DNA from: Succinivibrio sp.
Lineage (GTDB): Bacteria > Bacillota > Clostridia > Lachnospirales > Lachnospiraceae
Length of the DNA: 64,000 nt
NCBI GenBank assembly: GCA_963591995.1
Contig: CAVAUJ010000003.1
Location: forward strand, 6,302 to 70,301
Direction of reading: 5' to 3'
The position numbers and the translations under genes are program-made. Of this stretch, positions 1 to 10,466 are shown piece by piece (position 1 is the stretch's first letter; each line of letters begins with the position of its first letter). The notes below the pieces were generated by a model. The model was given only the letters and a program-made list of their open reading frames with translations. It was not told the origin of the DNA and ran no database searches.

Positions 1-1
1 G

Positions 2-352
2 GATGTGCCGGAGCATACGATGTTCGTCATTACAACGGATGGCATGGAGAACGCAAGCCACATTTACAGCTTTGACAAAGTGAAGCACATGATCGAGCGT
101 CAGAAGACAAAATATGGCTGGGAGTTTCTCTTTCTTGGAGCCAATATGGATGCGGTGAAGACGGCCGGCCGGTTCGGAATCGGTGCGGACCGGGCGGTTA
201 ACTATCAGTGTGACAGTGAGGGAACCGCACTGAATTATGAAGTGATCAGTGAGGCGATTCGTACGGTCCGGCGCAGCGCACCTTTGAGAGCGGACTGGAA
301 GGATCGCATCGACGAGGATTACGTAAAGCGCGGTGGCCGCAGGAGCAGATGA
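2..352 (+). CDS. vWA-domain protein, C-terminal part (5' end outside window)
   Basis: Frame open from window edge; FVITTDGMENAS and WEFLFLGAN motifs typical of small stand-alone vWA proteins. Confidence 0.7.
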   Translation, partial: DVPEHTMFVITTDGMENASHIYSFDKVKHMIERQKTKYGWEFLFLGANMDAVKTAGRFGIGADRAVNYQCDSEGTALNYEVISEAIRTVRRSAPLRADWKDRIDEDYVKRGGRRSR

Positions 353-391
353 TCGGGAGATCGTCATGGGGTAGATCAGGAGAATACGTCA

Positions 392-1318
392 ATGAGAATT
401 CTGGTATTTGGTGCAGGCGTGCTGGGCTGCAATCTGGCAAGGAATCTGTTCCGCGCAGGAAAGGATGTGACCCTGCTGGCACGGGGGGACTGGGCGAAGG
501 AAATCGCGCGAAACGGTCTGCGGATCAAGGATAAATTTTCACCTCGCCTGTCGGTCAGCCGCATCCCTGTTGTGACGGAGCTGAAACGGGAGGATGCCTA
601 CGATGTCATTTTTGTGGTGCTGCGGTACACGCAGCTGGACGCAGCCCTGGAGCCGCTGCGCGCCAACAAAACCGGGAACATTGTCTTTGTAGGCAACAAT
701 GTGCATGCTTCGGAGCTTGCGGCCTCTCTGCCTGAGAAAAATGTCATGTTCGCCTTTGCTCTTTCGGCGGGACATCGGGAGCGTGATCGTGTGGTTTCCA
801 TGGATCTCAAAAAGATCACCATCGGTCCGCTTCGGGAGTCACCTTCAAACGAGAGGCTGATCGGACGGATTTTTGAAGGGACAAGGTACCGGGTGGTCTA
901 TGAGCCTGATATGGAGGATTATCTCCTTAGCCACGCCGCCTTTGTGATTCCGGCGGCCTTTGCCTGCTACAAAGCAGACGGAAACCTGAAAAGGCTTAAG
1001 GGCGACACGGCATACCTGAATCGGCTGATTGACGCCAACATAGAAGGTTACCGTGCCATACGGAAAGCAGGGCATGAAATTCTGCCGAAGTCGGATGTGA
1101 ATTTTGAAAGCGAGGCATACCGCAGGGTATGCCTGCGCTTTTTCCGGTTCATGTGCGCCACGTCGCTGGGCAAGCTCTGCGCCTCCGACCATGCCATGAA
1201 CGCAGTCGATGAAATGAGCGCGCTTAACCGCGACCTGAAACGTTTCTTTGACGCAAACAATGCAGAATATCCCGTATGGTGTGAGCTTGAAAAGGAGTGC
1301 GGGAGGTATCTGCAATGA
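392..1318 (+). CDS. Ketopantoate reductase (PanE/ApbA) family protein
   Basis: N-terminal Rossmann motif MRILVFGAGVLG, VTLLARG, YDVIFV; 308 aa; AGGAG RBS. Confidence 0.75.
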   Translation: MRILVFGAGVLGCNLARNLFRAGKDVTLLARGDWAKEIARNGLRIKDKFSPRLSVSRIPVVTELKREDAYDVIFVVLRYTQLDAALEPLRANKTGNIVFVGNNVHASELAASLPEKNVMFAFALSAGHRERDRVVSMDLKKITIGPLRESPSNERLIGRIFEGTRYRVVYEPDMEDYLLSHAAFVIPAAFACYKADGNLKRLKGDTAYLNRLIDANIEGYRAIRKAGHEILPKSDVNFESEAYRRVCLRFFRFMCATSLGKLCASDHAMNAVDEMSALNRDLKRFFDANNAEYPVWCELEKECGRYLQ

Positions 1319-1366
1319 AGCCTGACGATATCGGTAACGGATGTCAACAAGTCCGTACGGTTATCC

Positions 1367-2398
1367 TTACCAGAGACCCATCACGTGCTGCATCAGCAGG
1401 CTGACGGCCGTAATGCCAACCCAGCAGCAGGCCCCCAGCAGCAGGGGCTTGCCACCGCTCTTTACCAGCTTGACCACGTTGCTGTTCAGTCCGATGGCTG
1501 CCATGGCCATGATGATCAGGAATTTGCTCAGCTCCTTCAATGGCTGGAATACTGCCGCTGACACGCCGAAGGACGTGCAGAGGGTGGTGATCACCGATGC
1601 GCAGATAAACCACAGAATGAACATGGGAAAGGCGTTTTTCAGCCGGAAGTCTCCCTGTTCCTTTCCGGCCTTCCTGGCCTGCAGCAGGGAGAGTACCAGT
1701 GTGATGGGAATAATCGCGAGTGTGCGGGTCAGCTTGACCGTTACCGCCTTATCCAGTGTCTGGCTTCCCAGATTCCACATGCTGTCCCACGTGGAGGCTG
1801 CCGCTGTGACGGAGGACGTATCGTTAACCGCGGTCCCTGCAAAGATGCCGAACGCCTCACCGGAGGCGGTGTCAAAGCCGATGGCCTGTCCCAGCAACGG
1901 GAACAACAGCGCAGCCAGCACATTGAAAAAGAAAATTACAGAAATGGACTGGGCAACCTTCTCATCGTCCGCATGGATGACCGGTGCGGTGGCGGCGATG
2001 GCGCTGCCACCGCAAATGGAGGAGCCGACGCCGATCAATGTGCTGGTATCACCGTCGATATGCAGCAGCTTGTGCAATGCAAAGGCCACCAGCAGGGAGG
2101 TGGTTATGGTGCATACAATGATGGGCAAGGACTGTTTCCCGGTTTGCAATACGACATTCAGATTCAGGCCAAAGCCGAGCAGCACGACGGCAGCCTGGAG
2201 GATTTTCTTGGAGGTAAAGCCGATACCCGGCTTGAAGGCTGCGCCGGGCGTCCGGAACAGGACAAGGACCATGCCCGTGAGAATGGAGAACACCGGGCCG
2301 CCGATGACCGGCACCAGCTTGCCCAGTAACCACGAAAAAACGGCGATAACAAGACACACAGCGATTCCCGGCAGATTTTTCTTAATGGATTGCATCAT
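1367..2398 (-). CDS. YeiH/UPF0324 family membrane protein (putative sulfate exporter family)
   Basis: Multi-[24 protein letters not shown] and VKLTRTL motifs; GGAG RBS. Confidence 0.85.
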   Translation of the reverse strand: MMQSIKKNLPGIAVCLVIAVFSWLLGKLVPVIGGPVFSILTGMVLVLFRTPGAAFKPGIGFTSKKILQAAVVLLGFGLNLNVVLQTGKQSLPIIVCTITTSLLVAFALHKLLHIDGDTSTLIGVGSSICGGSAIAATAPVIHADDEKVAQSISVIFFFNVLAALLFPLLGQAIGFDTASGEAFGIFAGTAVNDTSSVTAAASTWDSMWNLGSQTLDKAVTVKLTRTLAIIPITLVLSLLQARKAGKEQGDFRLKNAFPMFILWFICASVITTLCTSFGVSAAVFQPLKELSKFLIIMAMAAIGLNSNVVKLVKSGGKPLLLGACCWVGITAVSLLMQHVMGLW

Positions 2399-2655
2399 AG
2401 GAGACTCCTTTTTTCAACGATTTTGAACCTCTACACTATAGCGGGATATATGCACGATAACAAGTTACTATGTAATTAATGAACGGGTGCATTTCTGCAT
2501 CCGCTCATGGTTCGGAAAGCTCTTCCTTGTTTAAAGCTCCTTCTTGTTGATTTATGAGTCACTCATCTATTTCATAGTTTTAATGCCGTTTACGGCGAAG
2601 AAATGGTGGTAATATTTGAGGGAGCAAGACAGCTTGCGATGAGGAGGATAAAAAG

Positions 2656-3069
2656 ATGTGGGTAATGTTTGCGGTTCTGTCGGCAGTATTTGCAGCGCTT
2701 ACGTCGATTCTGGCGAAGGTGGGAATTGAAAATGTGAATTCCAATCTTGGAACGGCGATTCGCACCATGGTGGTGGTTGTCATGGCGTGGGGGATGGTGC
2801 TGGTCACGCACAGCTTCAGCGGCATCACCGAAATCAGCAAAAAAAGCTGGCTGTTCCTGATTCTGTCCGGTCTGGCAACCGGTGCATCCTGGCTGTGCTA
2901 TTACCGGGCATTGCAGCTGGGAGACGCATCGAAGGTGGTTCCGATTGATAAGCTCAGCGTGGTGATCACATTGGTGCTGGCTTTTGTATTTCTGCATGAG
3001 GAGTTCACGTCGAAATCGCTGATCGGCTGCATTCTGATCGGCGCAGGGACATTGATCATGGTACTGTAA
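2656..3069 (+). CDS. EamA/DMT family small transporter (single EamA repeat)
   Basis: 137 aa hydrophobic; FAALTSILAKVG, SWLCYYRALQLG, VVPIDKLSVV; GAGGAGG RBS. Confidence 0.85.
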   Translation: MWVMFAVLSAVFAALTSILAKVGIENVNSNLGTAIRTMVVVVMAWGMVLVTHSFSGITEISKKSWLFLILSGLATGASWLCYYRALQLGDASKVVPIDKLSVVITLVLAFVFLHEEFTSKSLIGCILIGAGTLIMVL

Positions 3070-3091
3070 CAAAAGCATAACGATACATGGG

Positions 3092-3140
3092 GATTCCTCC
3101 TGCTGCGGAAAGGGAAGGCAGCAGGAGGAATCTTGCTTTT
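3092..3140 (+). terminator. Intrinsic terminator after eamA-family gene
   Basis: 15-bp stem GATTCCTCCTGCTGC (3092-3106) / GCAGCAGGAGGAATC (3118-3132) followed by TTGCTTTT. Confidence 0.7.
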
Positions 3141-3181
3141 GGAGCATCGGTCTTTACGGACCGGTGCCTTTTTGGTTTGGA

Positions 3182-3235
3182 GGAACGCCGAAGGAACGCT
3201 GCCGCTGCTTTTGTGGAACGTTCGGTCCGTATACT
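3182..3235 (+). promoter_or_regulatory. Putative fab operon promoter: -10 TATACT with three phased GGAACGY direct repeats
   Basis: GGAACGC 3182-3188, GGAACGC 3193-3199, GGAACGT 3215-3221 (11- and 22-bp periods); TATACT 3230-3235 lies 8 bp after the last repeat; no good -35. Confidence 0.6.
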
Positions 3236-3360
3236 GATGAGCAACAAGTTTCATCGTGCATTTGTCCGCATGCATCGGAGGTCAACCTTTGCCTGCGAGC
3301 GGAAGGGACCCGTTGAAATGCGGCAGATGCCGGATTGCCACAATTACGGAGGTAAGGATT

Positions 3361-3582
3361 ATGTATTTTGACGCGATTGCAAAAATTGTTTCGGAGCGGA
3401 CCGGCTGTGCCGTTTCCGATGTAAAGCCGGAGAGCAAATTCTCGGATCTTGGCATCGATTCGCTGGATACGGTGGAGCTGCTGATGAGTCTGGAGGACGA
3501 AATCGGCATCGAAATTGAGCTGGATCAGAAGGTCGAGACCATTGATGATCTGGATCGGTTCATCCAGAAGAAAAAGGGATAA
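3361..3582 (+). CDS. acpP: Acyl carrier protein
   Basis: [12 protein letters not shown] phosphopantetheine site; 73 aa acidic; start moved to ATG 3361 after GGAGGTAAGGA. Confidence 0.92.
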   Translation: MYFDAIAKIVSERTGCAVSDVKPESKFSDLGIDSLDTVELLMSLEDEIGIEIELDQKVETIDDLDRFIQKKKG

Positions 3583-3587
3583 GGGCG

Positions 3588-4532
3588 ATGATCCGAACGA
3601 CAATCAGCGAGATGCTGGGAATCGAATATCCGGTTTTCCAGGGCGGAATGGCCTGGATTGCAGATGGGAAGCTGGCCGCTGCGGTATCCGAAGGCGGAGG
3701 TCTTGGCATCATCGCTGCCGGAAATGCCTCGGGAGCTTATGTCAGAGAGCAGATTCGGGCGGCCCGGGCCCTCACGGCAAAGCCCATCGGTGTCAACATC
3801 ATGCTGCTGAGTCCTCATGCGGAGGAGGTGGCGAGGGTTGTCACCGAAGAAAGGGTTGACGTGGTAACGACGGGAGCCGGCAATCCTGCCGTGTATATGA
3901 AGGAGTGGATTGCTGCCGGAATCCGGGTGATTCCCGTGGTAGCCTCGGTCGGAATCGCAAGGCTGATGACGCGTCTCGGAGCCTCGGCACTCGTTGCCGA
4001 GGGCGGGGAAAGCGGCGGCCACGTGGGGGAGCTAACCACGATGGTGCTGGTACCGCAAATCTGCGATGCAACGGATCTGCCGGTGATTGCGGCGGGCGGC
4101 ATTGCGGACGGCAGAGGTGCCGCGGCGGCGTTCATGCTGGGGGCGCAGGGCGTACAGATGGGAACGCGGTTTCTGAGCGCCGAGGAATGCAGCATTCATC
4201 CCATCTACAAGGAGAAGATTCTGAAGGCTACCGATCTGTGCACGATGGTAACCGGGAAGCGCACGGGACATCCGGTTCGCAGCCTGCGCACCGGGTTCTC
4301 CAGGGCGTATTCCAAGGCAGAGTACGCGGGGGCACCGGACGAGGAGCTCAAAGAGATGGCAGCGGGAGCGTTCCGGCTTGCCGTTTTGGAAGGAGACCTC
4401 CAAAAGGGATGTTTTCTCTCCGGTCAGGTTGCAGCCATGGTGCAAAAGGAACAGCCGGCGGCCGAAATCGTGGAGGAGGTCATGGAGGAGGCAGAGCGTA
4501 TCCTTCGTGGAGCAACACAATGGATAAAATAG
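3588..4532 (+). CDS. fabK: Enoyl-ACP reductase II (FMN-dependent)
   Basis: YPVFQGGMAWIA, EGGESGGHVG, PVIAAGGIADGRG, GVQMGTRF; operon context. Confidence 0.92.
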   Translation: MIRTTISEMLGIEYPVFQGGMAWIADGKLAAAVSEGGGLGIIAAGNASGAYVREQIRAARALTAKPIGVNIMLLSPHAEEVARVVTEERVDVVTTGAGNPAVYMKEWIAAGIRVIPVVASVGIARLMTRLGASALVAEGGESGGHVGELTTMVLVPQICDATDLPVIAAGGIADGRGAAAAFMLGAQGVQMGTRFLSAEECSIHPIYKEKILKATDLCTMVTGKRTGHPVRSLRTGFSRAYSKAEYAGAPDEELKEMAAGAFRLAVLEGDLQKGCFLSGQVAAMVQKEQPAAEIVEEVMEEAERILRGATQWIK

Positions 4533-5419
4533 CATTCGTTTTTTCCGGACAGGGAGATCAGTTTCCGGGTATGGGAAGGGAGCTGTATGAAACCTATCCG
4601 GCGGCAAAGAGTATTTTTGATGGCTGCGACAGGATCCGTCCCGGCACGTCGTTCCAATGCTTTCACGGGACCGCGGAGGAGCTGAGGGAAACTCGGAACA
4701 CGCAGCCGTGCCTTTATGCGATGGAGCTTGCGGCGGCAGGCGTTCTGCGGGAAAAGGGCATGGTTCCGCAAATGGCTGCCGGCTTTTCTCTTGGCGAGCT
4801 GACGGCGGCAGCCGTTTGCGGCGTGTTTGACGAAGAGAGCGGATTTCGTCTCGTGTGCAGGCGGGGAGAGCTGATGCAGCGGGAGGCCGGGAGACACGAG
4901 ACCGCCATGGCGGCGGTCGTGAGGCTGACCCGTGCGCAGGTGGAGGAGCTGTGCGCAGCGTACACCGGTGTCTATCCGGTGAACTATAACGGTCCGGGAC
5001 AGATTGCCGTGGCAGGCCTGTCTGCGCAGATTACGGATTTTGCGGCGGATGTAAAAAAGGCAGGCGGCAGGGTCATTCCCCTTCGGGTAAATGCCGCCTT
5101 TCATTCCCCGTTCATGAACGATGCCGCGCAGGCCTTTGCGGATGCATTGCAAAAGGTGAGCCTCAAGGCGCCGTCCATTCCGCTGTATTCCGATCGGACG
5201 GCACGGCCCTATGGGGAAGACGTGATCGGGCTCCTTTCCTCGCAGATTTGTCATCCGGTGCAATGGGAGACGGTGATCGGCAACATGATCGCAGCCGGAG
5301 CGGACACCTTTATTGAGATCGGACCCGGAAGGACGCTGACCAATCTGATCCGAAGGATTGATGCAGGGGTAACGGCAATGCCCTTTGCCGAATACCTTGA
5401 GGAGGTGGGAGCATGCTGA
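4520..5419 (+). CDS. fabD: Malonyl-CoA:ACP transacylase
   Basis: AFVFSGQGDQ, GFSLGE nucleophile motif, AFHSPFM, FIEIGPG; true start ATG 4520 inside track ORF 3905..5419. Confidence 0.92.
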   Translation: MDKIAFVFSGQGDQFPGMGRELYETYPAAKSIFDGCDRIRPGTSFQCFHGTAEELRETRNTQPCLYAMELAAAGVLREKGMVPQMAAGFSLGELTAAAVCGVFDEESGFRLVCRRGELMQREAGRHETAMAAVVRLTRAQVEELCAAYTGVYPVNYNGPGQIAVAGLSAQITDFAADVKKAGGRVIPLRVNAAFHSPFMNDAAQAFADALQKVSLKAPSIPLYSDRTARPYGEDVIGLLSSQICHPVQWETVIGNMIAAGADTFIEIGPGRTLTNLIRRIDAGVTAMPFAEYLEEVGAC

Positions 5420-6141
5420 GAGGAAAGACAGCGGTTATAACCGGGGGATCCCGCGGCATCGGAGCGGCAATTGCGCAGAAGCTCGCTTCCCTGGGCGCCG
5501 ATGTCGCCATTGTTTATGCGGGGAATGCCTCTGCGGCCGAGCGCGTCCTGGAGGAATGCAGGAACACATACGGCGTCAGGGCGGAGGCGTATCGATGCGA
5601 CGTCGGCGATTATTCCGAGACAAAGGAGACGGTGGCGAAGATCAAACAGGACTTTGGCACAGCACAGATTTTGATTAACAATGCGGGAATTACCAGGGAC
5701 GGCCTGCTTGCCGTGATGAAGGAGGAGGACTTTGATGCGGTCCTTCGTACCAATCTCAAAGGGGCCTTCCACATGATACGCCATATGACGGGCCTTTTCA
5801 TTCGTGCGCATGAGGGGTGTATTGTGAATATCGCCTCGGTTTCGGGGCTGATGGGCAACGCCGGACAGTGCAATTATTCTGCCTCCAAGGCAGGGCTGAT
5901 CGGACTTACCAAGTCGGTCGCGAGGGAGCTGGCGGCGAAGGGGATTCGCTGCAATGCGGTCGCTCCCGGCTTTATTGCGACCGACATGACGAAGGATCAG
6001 GAGGATAACGGGCTTTTGAAGCGGATTCCGCTTGGCAGGATGGGGACGGCGGAGGAGGTTGCCGATGCGGTTGCCTACCTTGTGACGGCCCGATACGTAA
6101 CCGGCGAGGTCCTGCGCGTGGACGGCGGAATCGCCATGTAG
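5413..6141 (+). CDS. fabG: 3-oxoacyl-ACP reductase
   Basis: TGGSRGIG, NNAGITRD, NYSASKAG (YxxxK), NAVAPGFI. Confidence 0.93.
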   Translation: MLRGKTAVITGGSRGIGAAIAQKLASLGADVAIVYAGNASAAERVLEECRNTYGVRAEAYRCDVGDYSETKETVAKIKQDFGTAQILINNAGITRDGLLAVMKEEDFDAVLRTNLKGAFHMIRHMTGLFIRAHEGCIVNIASVSGLMGNAGQCNYSASKAGLIGLTKSVARELAAKGIRCNAVAPGFIATDMTKDQEDNGLLKRIPLGRMGTAEEVADAVAYLVTARYVTGEVLRVDGGIAM

Positions 6142-6203
6142 CGGTTTAAGAGCCGATGCACCGGCTGCATCGGGAGGAGCACGGAACAAGGAAGGAGAGG
6201 TCG

Positions 6204-7439
6204 ATGAGCAAAAGACGGGTTGTGGTCACCGGTATCGGTGCAGTCACCCCCCTTGGAAACAATGTCGCCGATACCTGGCAGGGGATGAAGGAAGGCAGAA
6301 ACGGCATCGCACCCATTACGCGGTTTGATACGGAGAAATTTAAGGCAAAGCTGGCGGCGGAGGTGAAGGATTTTGACCCCGGAGACTATCTGGAGGTCAA
6401 TGAGGTGCTGCGCACGGACCGGTACGCGCAGTTTGCGGTTGCGGCGGCGCAGCAGGCCGTGGAGGAGAGCGGCGTTAAGGGAACGGTGGAGCCGGAGAAC
6501 TTTGCTGTCATCTTCGGCACCGGCATCGGCGGCATCGGAACCTTCGAAACGGAGTATACCAAGCTCCTGGAAAAGGGGCCGCGCCGCGTATCCCCGCTGT
6601 TCGTTCCGATGATGATCGGGAATATGGCAGCAGGCCTGATCGCCATCCGGCATGATTGCCGCGGCTCCGCCATGCCGGCGGTGACGGCCTGCGCCTCCGG
6701 CTCCAATGCCATCGGGGAAGCCATGCGTCTGATTCGCCACGGCTATGCCGACGCAGCGATTACAGGCGGGGCCGAGGCGGCAATTGTGCCGTCTGCCGTT
6801 GCGGGCTTTGTAAACATGCAGGCACTTTCCGCATCCGACAATCCGGAGGAGGCGTCTCTGCCCTTTGACCGGCGAAGAGGCGGCTTTGTCATCGGTGAGG
6901 GAGCGGCCGCACTGGTGCTCGAGGAATATGAGCATGCAAGAACGCGCGGCGCACGGATCTACGGTGAGATCTGCGGCTACGGCTCTACCTGTGATGCCTA
7001 TCACATCACAGCGCCCCATCCGGACGGCCGGGGCGGCGCGCAGGCGATGGCGGACGCCATGCGGGAGGCCGGATACAAGGATACGGATACCGTTTATATC
7101 AATGCGCACGGGACCGGAACGCCCATGAACGACGTGGTCGAGACGATTGCGATCAAAAAGGCGCTCGGCGAGGACGGCGCAAGGAGGGCATATATCAGCT
7201 CCACCAAATCCATGACCGGACACATGCTGGGGGCGGCCGGGGCCGTGGAAGCGCTGGCGTGCCTTCTGGCATTGAGCGAAGGCGTGATTCCTCCGACGAT
7301 TCACCTCCGGGAACCGGACGAGCGCTGTGATCTGAATTATGTTCCGCAGGTTGCTGCAGCGGCAGACATTACGCTGGCACTTTCCAATTCTCTCGGGTTT
7401 GGGGGGCATAATGCCTGCCTTGCTTTCAGAAAGGTGTGA
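6204..7439 (+). CDS. fabF: 3-oxoacyl-ACP synthase II
   Basis: RRVVVTGIG, TACASG, NAHGTGT, GHMLGAAG, SNSLGFGGHN; start ATG 6204 after AAGGAGAGG. Confidence 0.93.
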   Translation: MSKRRVVVTGIGAVTPLGNNVADTWQGMKEGRNGIAPITRFDTEKFKAKLAAEVKDFDPGDYLEVNEVLRTDRYAQFAVAAAQQAVEESGVKGTVEPENFAVIFGTGIGGIGTFETEYTKLLEKGPRRVSPLFVPMMIGNMAAGLIAIRHDCRGSAMPAVTACASGSNAIGEAMRLIRHGYADAAITGGAEAAIVPSAVAGFVNMQALSASDNPEEASLPFDRRRGGFVIGEGAAALVLEEYEHARTRGARIYGEICGYGSTCDAYHITAPHPDGRGGAQAMADAMREAGYKDTDTVYINAHGTGTPMNDVVETIAIKKALGEDGARRAYISSTKSMTGHMLGAAGAVEALACLLALSEGVIPPTIHLREPDERCDLNYVPQVAAAADITLALSNSLGFGGHNACLAFRKV

Positions 7440-7443
7440 TGGG

Positions 7444-7869
7444 ATGAACGAACCGGATATTCGCAGGTATGCAGAGCTGATGAAGGAGCTGGAGCTGACG
7501 GGGCTGGAGGTGACAGAGGATTCCGGGAAGATCCGTCTGGAGCGCACGGCACCGGGGACGGTCCGGGAGGTCGGAGGCCCCGCTCCGGAAGCGGCCGGAG
7601 CCGCGGGGGAGATCTCTTCCGGGCCGAAGGACTATATCCGTGTGACCTCGCCCATGGTGGGCATATTCTACGCGGCGCCGGCAGAAAATGCCGCTCCCTA
7701 CGTTTCCGTCGGGGATACCGTGACAAAGGGGCAGCCGCTTTGCGTGGTGGAGGCCATGAAGATGATGAACGAGATCACGGCCGAAGAAGACGGCACCATT
7801 TCGGAGATCTGTGTCACCAACGGGAACGTGGTGGAGTACGGAACGGAGCTGTTCCGTATCAGGAGGTGA
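7444..7869 (+). CDS. accB: Acetyl-CoA carboxylase biotin carboxyl carrier protein
   Basis: SPMVGIFY, EAMKMMNEI biotinylation motif. Confidence 0.92.
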   Translation: MNEPDIRRYAELMKELELTGLEVTEDSGKIRLERTAPGTVREVGGPAPEAAGAAGEISSGPKDYIRVTSPMVGIFYAAPAENAAPYVSVGDTVTKGQPLCVVEAMKMMNEITAEEDGTISEICVTNGNVVEYGTELFRIRR

Positions 7870-7873
7870 GCGC

Positions 7874-8290
7874 ATGAACCGAGAGGAGATCATGCAGATC
7901 CTGCCCCACAGGGCTCCGATGCTGCTCCTGGACGAAGCACAGGAACGGGCCGGCACGGCCGTCGGGCATTACCTCGTTCGCGGAGACGAGTTCTTCCTGC
8001 GGGGACATTTTCCCGGCAATCCCATGGTACCCGGCGTCATTCTCTGCGAGATGCTGGCGCAGTCGGCCTGCGTGTTGATGAAAGACGAAATGGATCAGGG
8101 AAGGCTGCCGGTTTATACCGGACTTGACCATGTGCGCTTCCGTTCGCCGGTAAGGCCGGGGGATACGGTGGAGACCCGGTGCCGCATCAAACGGGCAAAG
8201 GGGAGCTTTTATTTTGCAGAGGGAACGGTTACGGTGGACGGACGGCTTTGCGCATCGGCGGACTTTTCCTTTGCGATTACGGGAGTGTAA
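7874..8290 (+). CDS. fabZ: 3-hydroxyacyl-ACP dehydratase
   Basis: LPHRAPMLLLD, GHFPGNPMVPGVILCEMLAQ; AGGAGG RBS. Confidence 0.9.
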   Translation: MNREEIMQILPHRAPMLLLDEAQERAGTAVGHYLVRGDEFFLRGHFPGNPMVPGVILCEMLAQSACVLMKDEMDQGRLPVYTGLDHVRFRSPVRPGDTVETRCRIKRAKGSFYFAEGTVTVDGRLCASADFSFAITGV

Positions 8291-8293
8291 TCG

Positions 8294-9601
8294 ATGTTTT
8301 CAAAAATACTGGTTGCCAACCGGGGCGAAATCGCGGTTCGCATCATCCGTGCCTGCAAGGAGATGGGGGTAGCTACGGTTGCCGTATATTCCGAGGCAGA
8401 CAGAAACGCTCTTCATGTGGCGCTTGCCGATCAAAGCTTTTGCATCGGCAAAGCGGAAGCAAAGGAAAGCTATCTGAACGAAAATCAAATCATCAGCGCC
8501 GCCGTTCTGGCCGGGGCCCAGGCGATTCATCCGGGCTATGGCTTTCTGTCCGAAAATACGCACTTTGCGAGGGCCTGCCGAAAGAACGGGCTGGTATTCA
8601 TCGGACCGGATCCGGAAAGCATGGAACGCTTCGGCGATAAAGCCGTGCTGAAGGAGCAGATCCGGCAGACCGGACTGGCGGTGATCCCCGGAACGAAGAC
8701 CGTCACCTCCGTTTCGGAAGCAACGCTTGCGGCAGGACGGATCGGATATCCCGTTATGCTCAAGGCCTCTGCAGGCGGCGGAGGGCGCGGCATTCGTCTG
8801 ATTCGTTCCGAGGAGGAGATGGAGGATGCCTATCACCAGGCAACGGGCGAAGCCCTCAGCGCCTTTGGCGACGGCAGCGTATATCTTGAAAAATACATCT
8901 TCCCCGCGCGGCACGTGGAATTGCAGATTCTTGCCGATGAGCACGGAAATGCGGTGTGTCTGGGAGACCGGGACTGCTCCCTGCAAAGAAGGAACCAAAA
9001 GCTCCTGGAGGAGACGCCCTCCCCCGGCGTGGACGAGAGGCAAAGAGAGACGATGGTCGGACTTGCCGTCGAGGCGGTGAAGAAGCTTGGCTTCGTTGGG
9101 GCAGGCACGCTGGAGTTTTTGCTGGATCGGGAAGGAAACTTCTGGTTCATGGAGATGAATGTGCGCCTTCAGGTGGAGCATTGCATAACGGAGATGCTGA
9201 CCGGCTTTGATCTTGTAAAATGGCAGATCCGCATCGCGGCCGGCATCCCCCTTGGCTTTACGCAGCGCGATGTCCGGATGAAGGGTACGGCCATCGAATG
9301 CCGCATCAACGCAGGAGGCTGCGGAGCCCTGAAGATGCTGCACGTACCGGGAGGGCCGTCGGTTCGATTCGATACCGCCCTTGTGACGGGCATGGTCGTA
9401 ACGCCCTACTATGATTCGCTTCTCGGCAAGCTCATCGTGTATGCCAAAACACGCGAGGAGGCACTTCGTAAAATGCGGGCGGCGCTTTGCGAGCTCGTCA
9501 TCGACGGCATCCCCTCCAACATTGAGGAACAGCTGAAAAATGTGGAGGATGAGCGCTTTGTTTCAGGAAACTACGATTTAACCTTTATGGGAAACAGGTG
9601 A
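8294..9601 (+). CDS. accC: Biotin carboxylase
   Basis: KILVANRGEIA, IHPGYGFLSEN, KASAGGGGRG, RLQVEH, YYDSLLGK. Confidence 0.94.
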   Translation: MFSKILVANRGEIAVRIIRACKEMGVATVAVYSEADRNALHVALADQSFCIGKAEAKESYLNENQIISAAVLAGAQAIHPGYGFLSENTHFARACRKNGLVFIGPDPESMERFGDKAVLKEQIRQTGLAVIPGTKTVTSVSEATLAAGRIGYPVMLKASAGGGGRGIRLIRSEEEMEDAYHQATGEALSAFGDGSVYLEKYIFPARHVELQILADEHGNAVCLGDRDCSLQRRNQKLLEETPSPGVDERQRETMVGLAVEAVKKLGFVGAGTLEFLLDREGNFWFMEMNVRLQVEHCITEMLTGFDLVKWQIRIAAGIPLGFTQRDVRMKGTAIECRINAGGCGALKMLHVPGGPSVRFDTALVTGMVVTPYYDSLLGKLIVYAKTREEALRKMRAALCELVIDGIPSNIEEQLKNVEDERFVSGNYDLTFMGNR

Positions 9602-9605
9602 GGAA

Positions 9606-10466
9606 ATGGCATTGCTGAACTTTTTGAACCCGAAAAACAAACTGGAGGAAGGCGGGCGTACGAATGCGGCGATTCAAGGCGATGAGGGTGAGCCGGAGAA
9701 AAAATGCCCGAACTGTCACAAGAGCATCCTGCTGAGTCGTCTGTGGGCCAATCAGCTGGTTTGTCCGTGCGGGTATCATTTCCGCATGAAGGCCCGTCAG
9801 CGAATCGACATACTGACCGACAAGGGAAGCTTTCATGAATTGTATTCCGGCATGAGAGCCGGCAATCCGCTCAATTTTCCGGGCTACGATGCCAAGCTGG
9901 AGGTAGTGCGCGGGGCAAGCGCGGAGAAAGAGGCTGTGATCTGCGGCACGGCCGCAATCGGACAGCAGAAGTGCTGTCTGTTTGTCATGGAACCGTATTT
10001 TATGATGGGCAGCATGGGAAGCGCAGTCGGGGAAAAGCTCACCCTGCTGTTCGAATATGCCCTGCAGGAGCGTCTGCCGGTTGTCGGATTTACGGTATCC
10101 GGCGGTGCCCGCATGCAGGAGGGACTGCTCTCCCTGATGCAGATGGCGAAAATCAGTGCGGCGGTCAAGCGGCACAGTGATGCGGGGCTTTTATACATCG
10201 CGGTTCTCACCGATCCGACGACAGGAGGTGTGACGGCCAGCTTTGCCATGGAGGCGGACATCATTCTGGCGGAGCCCGGAGCCACCGTCGGCTTTGCCGG
10301 AGCACGGGTGGTGGAGCAGACCACCCGAAAGGCCCTGCCGGGAGGCTTTCAAAAGTCCGAATTCGTATTGGAGCACGGATTTATCGACAGCATCGTTGCA
10401 AGATCGGAACAAAGACGGTATCTGACGGAGCTGTTAAACCTGCACAACAGGAGGGCGTATGTATGA
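9606..10466 (+). CDS. accD: Acetyl-CoA carboxylase carboxyltransferase beta
   Basis: N-terminal Cys4 zinc finger, [30 protein letters not shown]. Confidence 0.94.
   Translation: MALLNFLNPKNKLEEGGRTNAAIQGDEGEPEKKCPNCHKSILLSRLWANQLVCPCGYHFRMKARQRIDILTDKGSFHELYSGMRAGNPLNFPGYDAKLEVVRGASAEKEAVICGTAAIGQQKCCLFVMEPYFMMGSMGSAVGEKLTLLFEYALQERLPVVGFTVSGGARMQEGLLSLMQMAKISAAVKRHSDAGLLYIAVLTDPTTGGVTASFAMEADIILAEPGATVGFAGARVVEQTTRKALPGGFQKSEFVLEHGFIDSIVARSEQRRYLTELLNLHNRRAYV

Noticed and set aside
4520..5419. Inactive FabD because of GFSLG instead of GHSLG
   Set aside because: Catalytic Ser, Arg and the AFHS His are intact; non-His residues at this position occur in clostridial FabD
6153..6173. 8-bp hairpin between fabG and fabF as a terminator
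   Set aside because: No U-tract; at most an mRNA stability or processing element
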